A DNA stretch of 63,569 nt, the filler included, from Octopus bimaculoides (Eukaryota): assembly GCF_001194135.2 (NCBI RefSeq). It is 4 parts of 4 records of this genome, joined end to end, with 100 filler letters (N's around TTAATTAATTAA, not from the genome) between each part and the next. Parts side by side here need not be neighbours in the genome. Positions count along the whole stretch, not along the records: positions 20,972 to 40,201 come from NC_068988.1; positions 40,302 to 54,453 come from NW_026414058.1; positions 54,554 to 63,569 come from NC_068987.1; 1 more part is not named here. One strand, 5' to 3'. A program made the translations under genes and the position numbers. Below, piece by piece: positions 39,586 to 54,888 of the stretch. Under the pieces are notes generated by a model. The model saw only the letters and a list, made by a program, of their open reading frames with translations. It was not told the origin of the DNA and did not search any database. Positions within the stretch are counted from its first letter, which is position 1; each line of letters begins with the position of its first letter.

Positions 39586-40157
39586 CATGCATGCATGCAT
39601 GCATGCATGTATGTATGTATGTATGTATGCATGTATGTATGTATGTATGTATGTATGTATGAATGCATGCATGTTTGAATAGTAGTGTGTTTGGAGTTAG
39701 TGTGTCTCAATCATTCAATATCTTTATCATGATCTCTCAATTTATTTCAGTCCCTCAATGGCGTCCATCATGTGACTCTCTTGGTGTGACAGATTATACT
39801 ATCATATCCCAACCCTTATTTCTTTTCTCTCCTTCCCATCTCACTCTCTCTATCTATCTATCTATCTATCTATCTATAGCTTTCTGTCTTTCTCTCTCTA
39901 ACCCTCTATTTTCCGCCTGCCAACTTTGTCTCGCTGATTCTATAACTGTATCTCACTCCCCATCCATTTCGCAAGCGTACCAGACCACCATTATACGAAC
40001 CATGAAACATAAATCACACAGTCTAACATTTTATATCCCAACTCATTTCCCTTGTGCTTCCATTGTGCGCAGGGACAAGGACACATATCTATAAACACAC
40101 ACACACACACATACACACACACACACATACACACACACACTCACACACACACACACA

Positions 40158-40201
<44 letters not shown>

Positions 40202-40245
40202 NNNNNNNNNNNNNNNNNNNNNNNNNNNNNNNNNNNNNNNNNNNN

Positions 40246-40257
40246 TTAATTAATTAA
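40246..40257. other. Artificial scaffold spacer TTAATTAATTAA
   Basis: As above. Confidence 0.9.
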
Positions 40258-40584
40258 NNNNNNNNNNNNNNNNNNNNNNNNNNNNNNNNNNNNNNNNNNN
40301 NATAGATATGTACAAATAAATATATATATATAGATATATATATATATATATTTATATATATTTATTAATATTTATATATATATTGATTTTCCTGTAGTTG
40401 GTTGTTGACATACTGGATTTATAATTACACACATATATATACAAATGTATGTATATTTTTGTGTTAGTGTGTATGAGTATATATCTATGTGTGTGTGTGT
40501 GCATGTATGAGAGCACATACATCTGTATGTTTGAATATGTGTTTGTATATGTATACAATTATATGGATACCTATGCACACATAC

Positions 40585-40653
<69 letters not shown>

Positions 40654-41026
40654 TTGCATAACCCTTTTCTTGTCTCTTGACCTGTTTGCAATATAATTCA
40701 GTCATTTTGAAGAATTAAAACTGTAAAATGAGATGGAAATCATTTATTGTTGGAATTATGAATAAAAAGAAGCAAATACCAAAATATAACAGGATGCTAA
40801 GAACTCGATAATGTAGAACTAGAAGTTTTCCAACGATTCTATGTAAATTGCCTTGAAATTTTAGGAGGAATACACAAAAGGAACTATACAACATTTATAT
40901 ATATCAATGTATGTATGTACATACAGGCAAATATGTATATGTGTGTGTATATATATGGGTATCTTTGTATGTATATATGTGTGTGTGTGTGTGTGTGTGT
41001 ATTTACATATATACATACACACACAA

Positions 41027-41072
<46 letters not shown>

Positions 41073-41910
41073 NNNNNNNNNNNNNNNNNNNNNNNNNNNN
41101 NNNNNNNNNNNNNNNNNNNNNNNNNNNNNNNNNNNNNNNNNNNNNNNNNNNNNNNNNNNNNNNNNNNNNNNNNNNNNNNNNNNNNNNNNNNNNNNNNNNN
41201 NNNNNNNNNNNNNNNNNNNNNNNNNNNNNNNNNNNNNNNNNNNNNNNNNNNNNNNNNNNNNNNNNNNNNNNNNNNNNNNNNNNNNNNNNNNNNNNNNNNN
41301 NNNNNNNNNNNNNNNNNNNNNNNNNNNNNNNNNNNNNNNNNNNNNNNNNNNNNNNNNNNNNNNNNNNNNNNNNNNNNNNNNNNNNNNNNNNNNNNNNNNN
41401 TATATATATATATGTATATATATATATGTATAGATATACATTATACATACATATGACAGATCGTGTTGTGTAGCCAGCTGGAGATGATGTCTCCTGGGGC
41501 TAAATTACAGCAACATTCATCCTAAACCAGGACAGGGGTTGATTTGTTCAATTAAACGTGGTGGCCCAGCATGGCCGCAGTCAAATGACTGAAACAAATA
41601 AAAGAATAAAAGAGTAAGCCGCCCCCCCACCCCTAATATTCACACTATAAAATGGTTGGCTGAATGAGCAGAGAAAGTGTAGGGTTATGAGGTCTTTCTC
41701 TTTTTGTCTCACCGAAGATTATTCAATCTCTCTAGTGCTGGTGCTACAAGAAAGCGCATGTAGCATAGTTTATAAAGTGATTGGAGGTAGGAAGGGACTT
41801 TAACGGTAGAAACCAAAGGATATATCATGTATGAGCACCTAGCCCTTGGGAATGGTAGCTCAATGAAACTGGTTCAGCAATATGAGACTGATAGAATAAG
41901 AACTAGGCTA

Positions 41911-42124
41911 AGGCGGCGAGCTAGCAGAAACGTTAGCATGCAGGGTGAAATGCTTAGCGGTATTTCATCTGTCTTTACGTCCTGAGTTCAAATTCCACCA
42001 AGGTCGACTTTGCCTTTCATCCTTCCGGGGTCGATAAATTAAGTACCGGTCGCGTACTGGGGTCGATCTAATCGACTCGCCCCATCTCCCTAAAATTTCG
42101 GGCCTTGTGTCTAGAGTAGAAGAG
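41911..42124 (+). mobile_element. SINE family C (inserted in a family A tail)
   Basis: Flanked by repeated gaataag(a/t)actaggct. Confidence 0.8.
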
Positions 42125-42254
42125 AATAAGTACTAGGCTTATGAAATAAGTCCTGGGGTAGATTTGTTTCACTAAAACCCCTCAACGCAGTGCTCCAGCA
42201 AGGTCACAATGAAATGACTGAAAAATGTTCTTTTATATTTTTTAGATCTTTCAT

Positions 42255-42446
42255 TCATTTGACTGCAGCCATTCTGGAGCATTACCTTGAGGGGTTTTAG
42301 TCAAACAAATTAACCCCAGGACTTATTTTTTTAAGCTTAGTATTTATTGTATCAGGATTATATTGCTGAACCGCTAAGTTACAGGGACGTAAACACACCA
42401 GCACCGGTTGTAAAGTGGTGATGGGGGACCAACACAGACACAAAGA

Positions 42447-42498
<52 letters not shown>

Positions 42499-42655
42499 AC
42501 AGGCTTCTTTCAGTTTCCATCTACTAAATCAACTCACAAGGCCTTGGTTGGCCTGAGGCTATTAGAGAAGACACTTGTCCAAGGTGCCATGCAGTGAAAC
42601 TGAACCCAGAACCAAGTGGTTGGGAAGCAAGCTTCTTATCACACAGCCATGCCTG
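42255..42655 (-). mobile_element. SINE family A
   Basis: Reverse-complement full-length copy. Confidence 0.8.
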
Positions 42656-42970
42656 CACCCTGTATGTATGTATGTATGTACATACGTATGTATGTATGTA
42701 TGTATGTATGTATGTATGTATGTACGTACGTATGTATGTGTATATGTATGTAGATGTACAGAAAAAATACATGTGAATATCACGAATGAGTTACATGAAC
42801 ATCTTAAAAATTGTGTGAATGTTCTATGTACAGTTATATAAATAGATATGTGTACAATTTTTATTTAAATATGTACCACATATATATATAATTTAACATA
42901 TGCATTAGGATGAAAACATTCACACACATGTGTGTGTGTGTGTGTAATTCCCATTCCTTTACCTTTTACT

Positions 42971-43025
<55 letters not shown>

Positions 43026-43447
43026 TGTATGAATATATATATGTATTTATATATATTCATATATAAGTACTTATATATATATATAGAAACATGTGCGTGT
43101 TTGTGTGTGTGTGAGTGTGCAGAACATTCTATATGTGTATGCAATATATTCTTAGAATTAAATAAACGCATATTTACAGATATGTTAGTGTGTGTTTATG
43201 TGCAGATATGCATTCACACACCTATGAATGCTAGTATCTGTGTCAACTACAGGTAGATAAAATTAGAAATGAACTGTGTAGAATATAGCTTGGGAAGAGG
43301 TAAGTTATAAACAACTGGTTAACATACAAATTGCACAATAACAAAACTTACATACAGACATAACAATACATAGCCATAGAAGTACTGACAAAACTATGCA
43401 CAAACATAAATAAATGCACACATACACACACACACGCACATTAATAC

Positions 43448-43665
43448 TTTTTTACTCTTTTACTTGTTTCAGTCATTTGACTGCGGCCATGCTGGAGCAC
43501 CACCTTTAGTCGAGGAAATCGACCCCAGGACTTATTCTTTGTAAGCCTAGTACTTATTCTATCGGTCTCTTTTTGCCGAACCACTATGTAACGGGGACGT
43601 AAACACACCAGCATCGGTTGTCAAGCGATGGTGGAGGGACAAATACAGACACACAAACACACACA
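43448..43665 (-). mobile_element. SINE family A, 3' half (young)
   Basis: Reverse-complement of the 16372 copy; runs into a gap. Confidence 0.8.
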
Positions 43666-44274
43666 NNNNNNNNNNNNNNNNNNNNNNNNNNNNNNNNNNN
43701 NNNNNNNNNNNNNNNNNNNNNNNNNNNNNNNNNNNNNNNNNNNNNNNNNNNNNNNNNNNNNNNNNNNNNNNNNNNNNNNNNNNNNNNNNNNNNNNNNNNN
43801 NNNNNNNNNNNNNNNNNNNNNNNNNNNNNNNNNNNNNNNNNNNNNNNNNNNNNNNNNNNNNNNNNNNNNNNNNNNNNNNNNNNNNNNNNNNNNNNNNNNN
43901 NNNNNNNNNNNNNNNNNNNNNNNNNNNNNNNNNNNNNNNNNNNNNNNNNNNNNNNNNNNNNNNNNNNNNNNNNNNNNNNNNNNNNNNNNNNNNNNNNNNN
44001 NNNNNNNNNNNNNNNNNNNNNNNNNNNNNNNNNNNNNNNNNNNNNNNNNNNNNNNNNNNNNNNNNNNNNNNNNNNNNNNNNNNNNNNNNNNNNNNNNNNN
44101 NNNNNNNNNNNNNNNNNNNNNNNNGAACCATCTCAAATGTAACAGCCCGAAATGGTTGTGACTTCTGGGACTTGACTGATGAAAGCCAAGAATGACCAGT
44201 CTTTTTTTGCCTGTCCTTTGTATCGTCTATCTGTCCGAACATTTTAATGCCCTCTATTGCATTTTTGTTCCCTT

Positions 44275-44321
<47 letters not shown>

Positions 44322-45154
44322 TCTGACATTCTGTAGAACACATCACAATCCACTCTCAGAATGGCATGCTCTGTATTCTAAGTGTCACCACCAAATGAAG
44401 CAGCATCCACAGAAAAGAAGAGAGCCATCATAGTAGTAGGAATACGATGATGAGGGAATATAGTTATGGTGACATTAGATGTGAAAATCCAGAAGATGAA
44501 TTATTAGCTGTAATTGCTAAAGAGGAGGTATAGTAACACCTTCTCTTTTACAAGTATTTAGTGAGAGTGGGAAGAAGGAAAAATTCATATAAGGTAGCAT
44601 AATTGTTTTTAGAGTGATCCACAATGCAATATGTATATTATTAGGATCGATATACCTGGTAAAAGGGGTTATTTAGGCAACAAAATAAAACTTCTGCTTA
44701 GAATCTTTTTTGATTAAGTCCTGAAGGTTTGTTATTTAGGAAATGTTTTGTGGGTTAGCTCTTTGGCAGTGTAAAATATATTTATTTTGTTGATTCTCAG
44801 GAGGGTCTTTATGCCAATAAGAAACACATGCACTGATTCTATTTAACTTCTTTATTTCTACTTATCAATTGGCTTATCATGTAAACAATTAGCTAATTCG
44901 TCATTTGATTAATTGCTTGGTCAATCTGTCAATCAGATAGGTTTGCCAAAATCCTTTTGTCAGCATTCTGGAAAGAGGTACAGGCATGAATGTGTGGTAA
45001 GAAGTTTGCTTCCTAACCACATGATTTTGGGTTCAGTCCCACTCTGTGGTAACTTGAGCAAGTGTCTTTTATCATAGCCCAAAGCCTTGTGAATGGATTT
45101 GGTATATGGGAACTCAAAGAAGCCCATTGCATATGTATTCATATATATACATAT

Positions 45155-45560
45155 ATCATCATCATCTTCATCCTCATTTAACATCAGCTTTCCATGCTAG
45201 CATGGGTTGGACGATTTGACTGGGGACTGGCGAACCAGATGCCTACACCAGACTCCAATCTGATCTGGCAGAGTTTGTACAGCTGGATGCCCTTCCTAAT
45301 GCCAACCACTCCGAGAGTGTAGTGGGTGCTTTTTACGTGCCACTGGCACGAGGGCCAGTCCGGCAGTACTGGCAATGGCCACACTCAAATGGTGTTTTTT
45401 TACATGCCACCTGCACAGGAGTCAGTCCAATGTTTTGTACACATGCCACTGGCACGAGTGCCAGTAAGGCAAAGCTGGAAACGATCGCGCTCAAATGGTG
45501 CTTTTTATGTGGCACTGGCACCGAAGCAAGACCGCTGCTCTGGCAGTGATCCCACTCAGA
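45155..45560 (-). mobile_element. RTE-type 3' end copy with internal subrepeats
   Basis: Same family. Confidence 0.8.
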
Positions 45561-46317
45561 TGGTGCTGTTTGTATATAACTATGTGTCTATGTGTCTTTG
45601 TATTTTGCACATCACATTCACTTGACAACAGGTGCTGGTTGTTAATGTTCGCATAACTTAGTGGTTCAGTAAAAAAGATAGCAATAAAATAGGTACTAGG
45701 TTTAAAAAGTAAGTACAAGAGTCACAGCTTGTATGACTGAAACAAACAAAAAATAAAAAAACACAATGAAGTATGAAATTTTTCAAACCAAATACAAAAG
45801 TGAAATATGTCCAGTTTGTATATAATGGAGTTATATGCAAACTTCTTCATGAACATTTCTGTGTATTAGTGCTAAAAGTTACAAATATGGTATAAAATAT
45901 ATCTATAAGAAATAAAGAAAAGGATGATGATAATTAAAGAATTAAAAAGTGTTACTTAATTTACAAGAAAGAAGATAGACGTTGCCAGAAGCTGTAACAG
46001 GGAAGGAAATGGACATTTGCATTATGTGAGGAATTATTTTAGTGGCTCAGCACGGTCAGAGGGAAGAATATGTTGGAGAAAATTATGAAGTAAGATTCTG
46101 TTAAGAATAGTCTTATCTATTAGGATATATTGTTGGTTTAAAAATGTCGAAAAGTTTTATATGTTTTGTGTCATGACATTTTACACTTACTATATATCAT
46201 AATAGATAACGCCATACTTAAGGGAAAACCATACGTATGTCAGGGAAATATATATGTATATATATGTATATATATATATACATATATATATGTGTATGTG
46301 TGCATATATATATATAT

Positions 46318-46358
<41 letters not shown>

Positions 46359-47229
46359 TGACCAATGATAAAATAGATTAGCTATGGAAGATTTATTAAC
46401 TGCAAACTACAAAACACACACACACACACACGCAAACACACATAATGCAGCACAGGGAAAAATAAACAATGAATGTAATCAAATGTTAAATGTTAAGGAA
46501 TTTTCAATCGTCTGATGACTATTTTATCACTTAAAACATCATTCTTGAGATTACTTGCTGCCTGCTATAGAACACATCAACAACACATCATTATCATCCT
46601 TTCCTTGATAAGATGAAGGTGTGAAAGTCTTCAAATGTTATTAAACTTATAAAACTTGGAATAGACTGCTATAGCTTCAATACTATCATAGAAGACTATT
46701 GGTAAAAAAAAGTGAATAATTTTTAATAGAAAATATGAAACTTGAACATTGGATTGGTCTGTCTTCGATATAATGTGCTTAGAATGTGAGAAAAGTTGTT
46801 CTAAAACCTATAAATGTATATGAATATAAATATATGTATATACATGCATATACATACACACACACACACTTATCAAATGGATGTCTTCTAAAACTACTCC
46901 GTGCATACAATAACAGCCATACCAACAATCTAACACACCCCCATCATCAGCTGCCCCATGGATATCAATATGTTTTTGACACCTGGGCAGTACCATTCAA
47001 TGCGACAATATATAAAGACAACTATATTTGTATATATGTTTGTGTATGTATATATACATGCATTTATATATATATACATACACACTTGTAATTATGTATA
47101 TAGATATGCATATAAGTGTGTGTGTGTGTGTGTGTCTGTGTGTTTAATTATATTTATATATATGTACATGGATAATATACATATATGTATTTATACATAT
47201 ATATATGTATATATGTAGGTTCATATATG

Positions 47230-47264
<35 letters not shown>

Positions 47265-49745
47265 TAAAGAGAGAAAAATAAGTATTTATATACAAAATAT
47301 ATACATTATTCAAAATATACGATAGCCCAGTATTAACTTTCTTATAAAGGCTTTTTTTTTTATAAAAAAATTGTCTTAGGAAACAATTGCTACATAAAAA
47401 AAAATCAATACAAATAAACAGAGAGATTGCAATAATGATTACACTAATAATTTAGTAGCTGAAGCTATATATCAATAGAAGACAGAATTGAATGTAAAAA
47501 ATTCAATCACCACAACACCTAGTAGTAACAAACACTCTTACAATATATAGTAAAGTGTAATGCTTGAAAGAAAAAAAAAAAAACATGCTAGTTTGACATT
47601 GATTAAAATGCTATAAAGAAAGACTAAACAAACATTACATAACATGCACAGAATTTAATCAGGAACCAGCATCAATAATAAACAGCAAATATACAAAAAA
47701 AATTTTAAATCTTAAATCTAATAACAAATCATAAACTTTCAAACTGTTGAATAAAGATTTATTTAATTAATGTGATTAAGAGTTTCTTTTGTAAACTTCT
47801 TCATGGCTCTGAATGTTGAGGTGGACATACATGTACAACGTTTACTTGCTGTCTGACTATGCATCTGCAACAAGGAGCTATTGAGATACATTATATTACA
47901 CAGAATACAACTGAAACTAATGCTAAACTATTAGCGACTGATATGTCAATCTTACGCGGAATTCTCCTACCTCCCCANNNNNNNNNNNNNNNNNNNNNNN
48001 NNNNNNNNNNNNNNNNNNNNNNNNNNNNNNNNNNNNNNNNNNNNNNNNNNNNNNNNNNNNNNNNNNNNNNNNNNNNNNNNNNNNNNNNNNNNNNNNNNNN
48101 NNNNNNNNNNNNNNNNNNNNCCAAAACTAGAAAGGTTAATGATATGGATAGCAAGTTGGTAGAATCATTAAGGTGTTGGATGGAATGAGTTATGGTATTT
48201 GTTGTAGCTGTCTGTGCTCCGAGTTCAAATCTTGTTGAAGCCAACATTGTTGTTGATTCTTTTGAGGTTGAAAAATAAAATACTAGCCAAGTGTGGAAAG
48301 TGTGAGAGTGTTAGTGGTGATGCCAGCTCATCTTCTCTTTTTTCTTCTTCTTCTCCTCCCTCCCTTTTATAGAAGAAACTGACTGCATTTGTACCCTGGG
48401 AGGTATGGGTTCCACTAGGTTGAAAATGTCTAAGATATATCACAAATTATGATAGTGTCTTTACACCCCCATCAAACGTCAAGCCCCCCCTCCCACAAAA
48501 CAGAGAATAAACCCTTGTAATAAACTAATCTGAGTCAACATGAAAGCCCCTATGTGGTCACCAGTCTTGCTGGAAAAAGCATCCTGAACTCCCACAACAT
48601 ACATTCTATTATCACATGAGTGAGTTTATCTTTTCATTTTAACTTTATAAATTGCATAATCTTTACATGTGTTCCACTATGCAAATACTACTATGTGTGG
48701 GAATTGTTATGCAGATGAATGTATAATTGCTCTGAAATGTTAGGTCTTCAGACAAAATTAACTATATAAACAATTATTATTTACCATCATTAGATGGTTG
48801 AAGATTCAAATTTTTACACACACACAAACACACACATACACACGTGCATGCGCACATGCAATCACTGGATGGTCATGGCTGAAAAGTCTTTAACCATAGT
48901 TCTGAACAATGAGGAATGACCTCTAGATTAAAAAGGTAAAAGAAAAAAAAGCAAACACAAAGCAGGAGACAACCATCTAATTACTTCACAATTGGCAAGA
49001 CCCTGGAACCTTTTAATTTGTGATCTATCTGACAAAAATATAATGGCCAGTGATAAGAAATATAAAATCAGAATCAATATTGTTTCTGTTGTTTCCCCTC
49101 CTACAATAAAAAGGAAAATATCAACAACCAATAATCAGATCAGGAATAAGAGAAATTACAAATTACAAATTACAACAGGTATATAGTCCAATAAGATTTG
49201 AACCTTCAATCTATGGTTTTACATTGAAGATTAATACAGATGATAGAAGGCAAAAAAAATCCTCTCATGAATAGAACACAAAATGCTTAAACTTGGATTT
49301 AGATATTCACCCACTGGTTTATATTAAATAATGAATAATTAATTTTCCTAAGAATAAAAATGGCCAACTGTTAGCTAGAAGGTAGTAATAGAAGAGAAAC
49401 TGACAAAGAAATGGAACAAAGGCACACACACGCATGCGCGCGCGCGCACACACACACACACACACAACACACACACACACATTCCTATCAAAAAGTGTAG
49501 AAATACATGTGATTTTGTAGTCAAATAGCTGATAAAGAGAATGATTTTTTCCTCCATTGCAACCACTAGTTACTCTCTTTGTCCCCATCTCTCTGTGTGC
49601 ATATATGTATACATACATATATACATACTTACATGCATATATATAAACATATACATATATATATATACACGCACACATATATAAATATATATGTATAAAT
49701 ATATATATATATGTTTGTGTGTATATATATATATATATATATGTT

Positions 49746-49804
<59 letters not shown>

Positions 49805-50796
49805 GTGTATATATATATATATATATATNNNNNNNNNNNNNNNNNNNNNNNNNNNNNNNNNNNNNNNNNNNNNNNNNNNNNNNNNNNNNNNNNNNNNNNN
49901 NNNNNNNNNNNNNNNNNNNNNNNNNNNNNNNNNNNNNNNNNNNNNNNNNNNNNNNNNNNNNNNNNNNNNNNNNNNNNNNNNNNNNNNNNNNNNNNNNNNN
50001 NNNNNNNNNNNNNNNNNNNNNNNNNNNNNNNNNNNNNNNNNNNNNNNNNNNNNNNNNNNNNNNNNNNNNNNNNNNNNNNNNNNNNNNNNNNNNNNNNNNN
50101 NNNNNNNNNNNNNNNNNNNNNNNNNNNNNNNNNNNNNNNNNNNNNNNNNNNNNNNNNNNNNNNNNNNNNNNNNNNNNNNNNNNNNNNNNNNNNNNNNNNN
50201 NNNNNNNNNNNNNNNNNNNNNNNNNNNNNNNNNNNNNNNNNNNNNNNNNNNNNNNNNNNNNNNNNNNNNNNNNNNNNNNNNNNNNNNNNNNNNNNNNNNN
50301 NNNNNNNNNNNNNNNNNNNNNNNNNNNNNNNNNNNNNNNNNNNNNNNNNNNNNNNNNNNNNNNNNNNNNNNNNNNNNNNNNNNNNNNNNNNNNNNNNNNN
50401 NNNNNNNNNNNNNNNNNNNNNNNNNNNNNNNNNNNNNNNNNNNNNNNNNNNNNNNNNNNNNNNNNNNNNNNNNNNNNNNNNNNNNNNNNNNNNNNNNNNN
50501 NNNNNNNNNNNNNNNNNNNNNNNNNNNNNNNNNNNNNNNNNNNNNNNNNNNNNNNNNNNNNNNNNNNNNNNNNNNNNNNNNNNNNNNNNNNNNNNNNNNN
50601 NNNNNNNNNNNNNNNNNNNNNNNNNNNNNNNNNNNNNNNNNNNNNNNNNNNNNNNNNNNNNNNNNNNNNNNNNNNNNNNNNNNNNNNNNNNNNNNNNNNN
50701 NNNNNNNNNNNNNNNNNNNNNNNNNNNNNNNNNNNNNNNNNNNNNNNNNNNNNNNNNNNNNNNNTGTGTATATATATATATATATATATATATGTG

Positions 50797-50836
<40 letters not shown>

Positions 50837-53104
50837 TATACACCTAAATCTCAAATATATAAGCACCCACACACACACCCACTTAAGTATTTGTACATAC
50901 TCCCACCAAAAGACTTACAAAGGAGTACATATGTACATAAAAATCAATTACCTTTTTGTTACTTCTCAGATTTTCATAAAAAATATTACAAGTGGCTTGG
51001 TTTTTTTCTATGAATGTTAAAGAAACCTTTAAAGAAATCTCATTGAAATGAACCCACCATACATGATAGATATTGAAATAGGAATACAAATAACTTTTAA
51101 GTTATTTCTACTGAAACCTTTCCTTGAACAATGTATAAATACTATACAGTGTTATATAAAGTGTTGTAGGTTAGTTTTTGCTGCATGTCAAATGCAAGAA
51201 CGTGATCCCTGGCAACAATATTAGGATATTCATAGAATAGTCCTTCTTGGAGTACAACTATGTAAATAACAGCTCAAACAGATGTTCCCTTTGAGGCATA
51301 TTTTGGGAAAATGAGGCATTGTCTATGATATACTATGGTAAAGAAAATGTTGACAAGAATGAGTATATAAGTCTGATTGTAAACAAATATTGAAGTTGTT
51401 ATGGCACACTATACACCATCAGTATTTTCAATCTATATATGTAGAAAAAATGACTGTTTTATTGAAAAAATGTTTGGTTATCAAAATAAAACAGTGAATA
51501 TCCTGCTATACCATATAATAGAGATGCCAAATAATATAATCTTACTGAAGAAATATGGATTGTTAGCAAAAACTAAATACTTAATAGAAAGTAAGAGCTG
51601 ATGTCAAAATGCAGGCAAACAACAATTTACTTTGAGAATTTCAATGAGTTGCATTTACACTAACAACAACCAGCAGTTGTCTAAAAGGTAGCTTAGAATC
51701 TAAAAGAAACCATCACTAAAATCTTCAAAAATTATGTTTGGTGATCATGTGAAAGAGGAAAATTCAAAATAGGTAAGCATCATTGTAAAGTCTAATGTTG
51801 TGAGCCTTGCCCTTCATATGGAAATGAGACAAGGAGGGAAAAATTGGTGTTTTGCATATGTCCTTAACCCTTTTGAGACGCACAGTGTTTTGGTATGTGT
51901 AGTCAAAAAGACCAAGTATTTTTTCTGTTGCAATACATCTACTGAAAGACGATACTTGATTAGCTATTACACATCAAAACCAGCCATTCACTACATTTGT
52001 TCCATCAGGCTGATGGATCAGCCTCAAAGTCCTTTCAGCTTGTATCACTTGGACTGATCAATCAGCCTTGATGTTCCAAGAGGATTAAATGAACTGCCCT
52101 GCTGAATGATTTTTCTCTTCTGGTGGATACAAGTTACTTAAAAGGAGAGACAACAATATATCTTGTGTGATATGATATGATTTGTACTTATACATATATA
52201 TATATATATATATATATATGCATACACACATGTATATATTTATAGACTGCAACAAAAAGTGCATATGAAGGTAAAAGTGACTAGATAGTTACATCTCTTG
52301 AGTCAAATCTTTCTAAGGGTTTGTTTATAGAGCTTGTGCATATCTCACATGTTTCTGGAAAATTTGCCTGAGTTCCATAGAGTGTATGACTAGAAACTGT
52401 AACGTATGCTCTTTAGATAATGTCTAAGGATTAGTCTAATATATAAGTGCTCAGTCAAAATATCTGTGCGTCGATTATCAAATAGATGGTACCATTTCAA
52501 AATTCAAATCAGAATACCTAACCATATTTGTTCTTTTAAATACAAAAGAAAAGGAAACTGCTCTTTATTGGCTAAGGTAATCTGGAACCTAAAAAGGAGA
52601 AGTAAAGAATACTCCATTTCATAGCTTGTTATAGAATGTGCTCTTCATAACAAATGGAGCAGCTGTAATTTGTGCTCAGTGGAGGCACTGGAAATTCTCA
52701 ATTGTAAATCCAAACTAATTAATAAATATATTGAGCTATCAATCTGTTGTTAACACATATTTAATAAAGCATTCTTAAATTTCCACACTAAAATCCTACA
52801 GAATTAATTTATCTAGGCCTAACTTATACCAATGTTTGCATTCTCTTCTTGTGGATTCTCCCACCTCCTACTTAAATTGCATCTTGGGTAACATACCAAG
52901 TAGTCATTTTTAGTTTAATCTTGAATTTTTAATCTAATCCTTAACTATTGCATCCACCCAAAATCAAACCAGTTTTTAAAATTAATTCAATTTAACTAAA
53001 GTGAAACTACTGCTCCTTGATAGAACTATACAGGTTTGAACTTAACTTGTAATTTTTACATACGTTTATTATACACCTACTAGGATAAATAAAATAAATG
53101 TTCA

Positions 53105-53342
53105 CTTTTAAAGCCTAGCCAGGCTCATGGGCCCAGTTTCCTGGTTTCAGTGGCATATGTGTTCCCCAGCCAGATGGAACGCCAGTCCATTGCAGCGTTA
53201 CTCATTTTTGCCACCTGAGTGGACTGGAGCAACGTGAAATGAAGTGTTTTGCTCAAGAACACAATGTGTTGCCCAGTCCAGGAATTGAAACCATAATCTT
53301 ACGATCATGGTGCTGAGACCCTAACCACTAAGCCACGTGCCT
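53105..53342 (-). mobile_element. SINE family D
   Basis: Reverse-complement full copy. Confidence 0.8.
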
Positions 53343-53815
53343 CCACACACCTACTAGAAATTCCCTTTTTTCTGTCCCCTTCAATATCGATATATTTATA
53401 TTCATGTATGTATATACTTGTATATTAGCATTCAGTTAATCACTATACATATCCATCATTTTCTCTTAAAATGTCTTATTGAAAAGTTTCATTTCTTCAT
53501 TTCTCTGAAGAGAAGATTACATTGTTTTACACCATTTTATTCCTTTGGAATAATAGAAGTGATATCTTCGAAACATGTGTTGGAAATAAAAGAATTTGAA
53601 TAAGACCTGCATTTAATTCCATTTATTTATTTATATATATTATACAAAATATTTCATGTAAACCCGGAGTTTCTACCTTTAAAAAACAAGGAGTTACAAC
53701 TTTTTACTTGCGTGATTTTTTGCTACCCAGGTAACTATTTATCCATTCTTTCCGTATTAATTGTTAACAAGGGAAAAATATACACATCTATATATATATA
53801 TATATTTATATATAT

Positions 53816-53860
<45 letters not shown>

Positions 53861-54219
53861 CATATATATGTATGTATATATATGTAATTATGTAAGTGTA
53901 TTGAAACCTGTATTTAAAGATATCATGTGACCAAAAGAAATACATTGTAACAATTGATATATATATATATATATATAAGAAACATAGATTAGTAGTAAGA
54001 AAAGAGGAGGAATAAAAAATAAACTACAATAAAATATAAGTTATATGAATGCATGTGTGTGTATATATGTGCATACATATGTGTGTGTGTATATATATGT
54101 AAGTACAATTATCTGTACATGTGTATATATAACAAATATAAACATACCACATAAAAAAAGCAAATGTTAAATGATGAAATGATGATGATGATGATGATGA
54201 TGATATCTCTATCTATCTA

Positions 54220-54251
<32 letters not shown>

Positions 54252-54497
54252 CATATGTTCATGCATATAGCTATCTAAATATATATGTACTGATAGCTAT
54301 AACATACATATATACATGAATACATACATATACACATGTATGTGTTTATATATTTGCATTTAGGTATATACATATATACTTACATATACTTATAAACATG
54401 CATATTTATATATATGTATATATATATGTGTATATGTATATATATATATATATNNNNNNNNNNNNNNNNNNNNNNNNNNNNNNNNNNNNNNNNNNNN

Positions 54498-54509
54498 TTA
54501 ATTAATTAA
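54498..54509. other. Artificial scaffold spacer TTAATTAATTAA
   Basis: As above. Confidence 0.9.
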
Positions 54510-54589
54510 NNNNNNNNNNNNNNNNNNNNNNNNNNNNNNNNNNNNNNNNNNNNGTATATATATGTGTGTGTGTGTATAAATATATATAT

Positions 54590-54854
54590 ATCATCATCAT
54601 CATCATCATCGTTTAACGTCCGCTTTCCATGCTAGCATGGGTTGGACGATTTGACTGAGGACTGGTAAACCAGATGGCTACACCAGGCTCCAATCTGATT
54701 TGGCAGAGTTTCTACAGCTGGATGCCCTTCCTAACGCCAACCACTCTGAGAGTGTAGTGGGTTCTTTTACGTGCCACTGGCACGAAGGCCAGTCAGGTGG
54801 TACTGGCAACGGCCACGCTCAAAATGGTGTATTTTACGTGCCACCTGCACAGGA

Positions 54855-54858
<4 letters not shown>
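54590..54858 (-). mobile_element. RTE-type 3' end copy (young)
   Basis: Nearly identical to 63345-63569 and 61425-61580. Confidence 0.85.

Positions 54859-54888
<30 letters not shown>

Noticed and set aside
49319-51020. Very long ORFs (up to 519 aa) here and at other gaps
   Set aside because: They are composed of N runs and (TA)n or (CA)n repeats.
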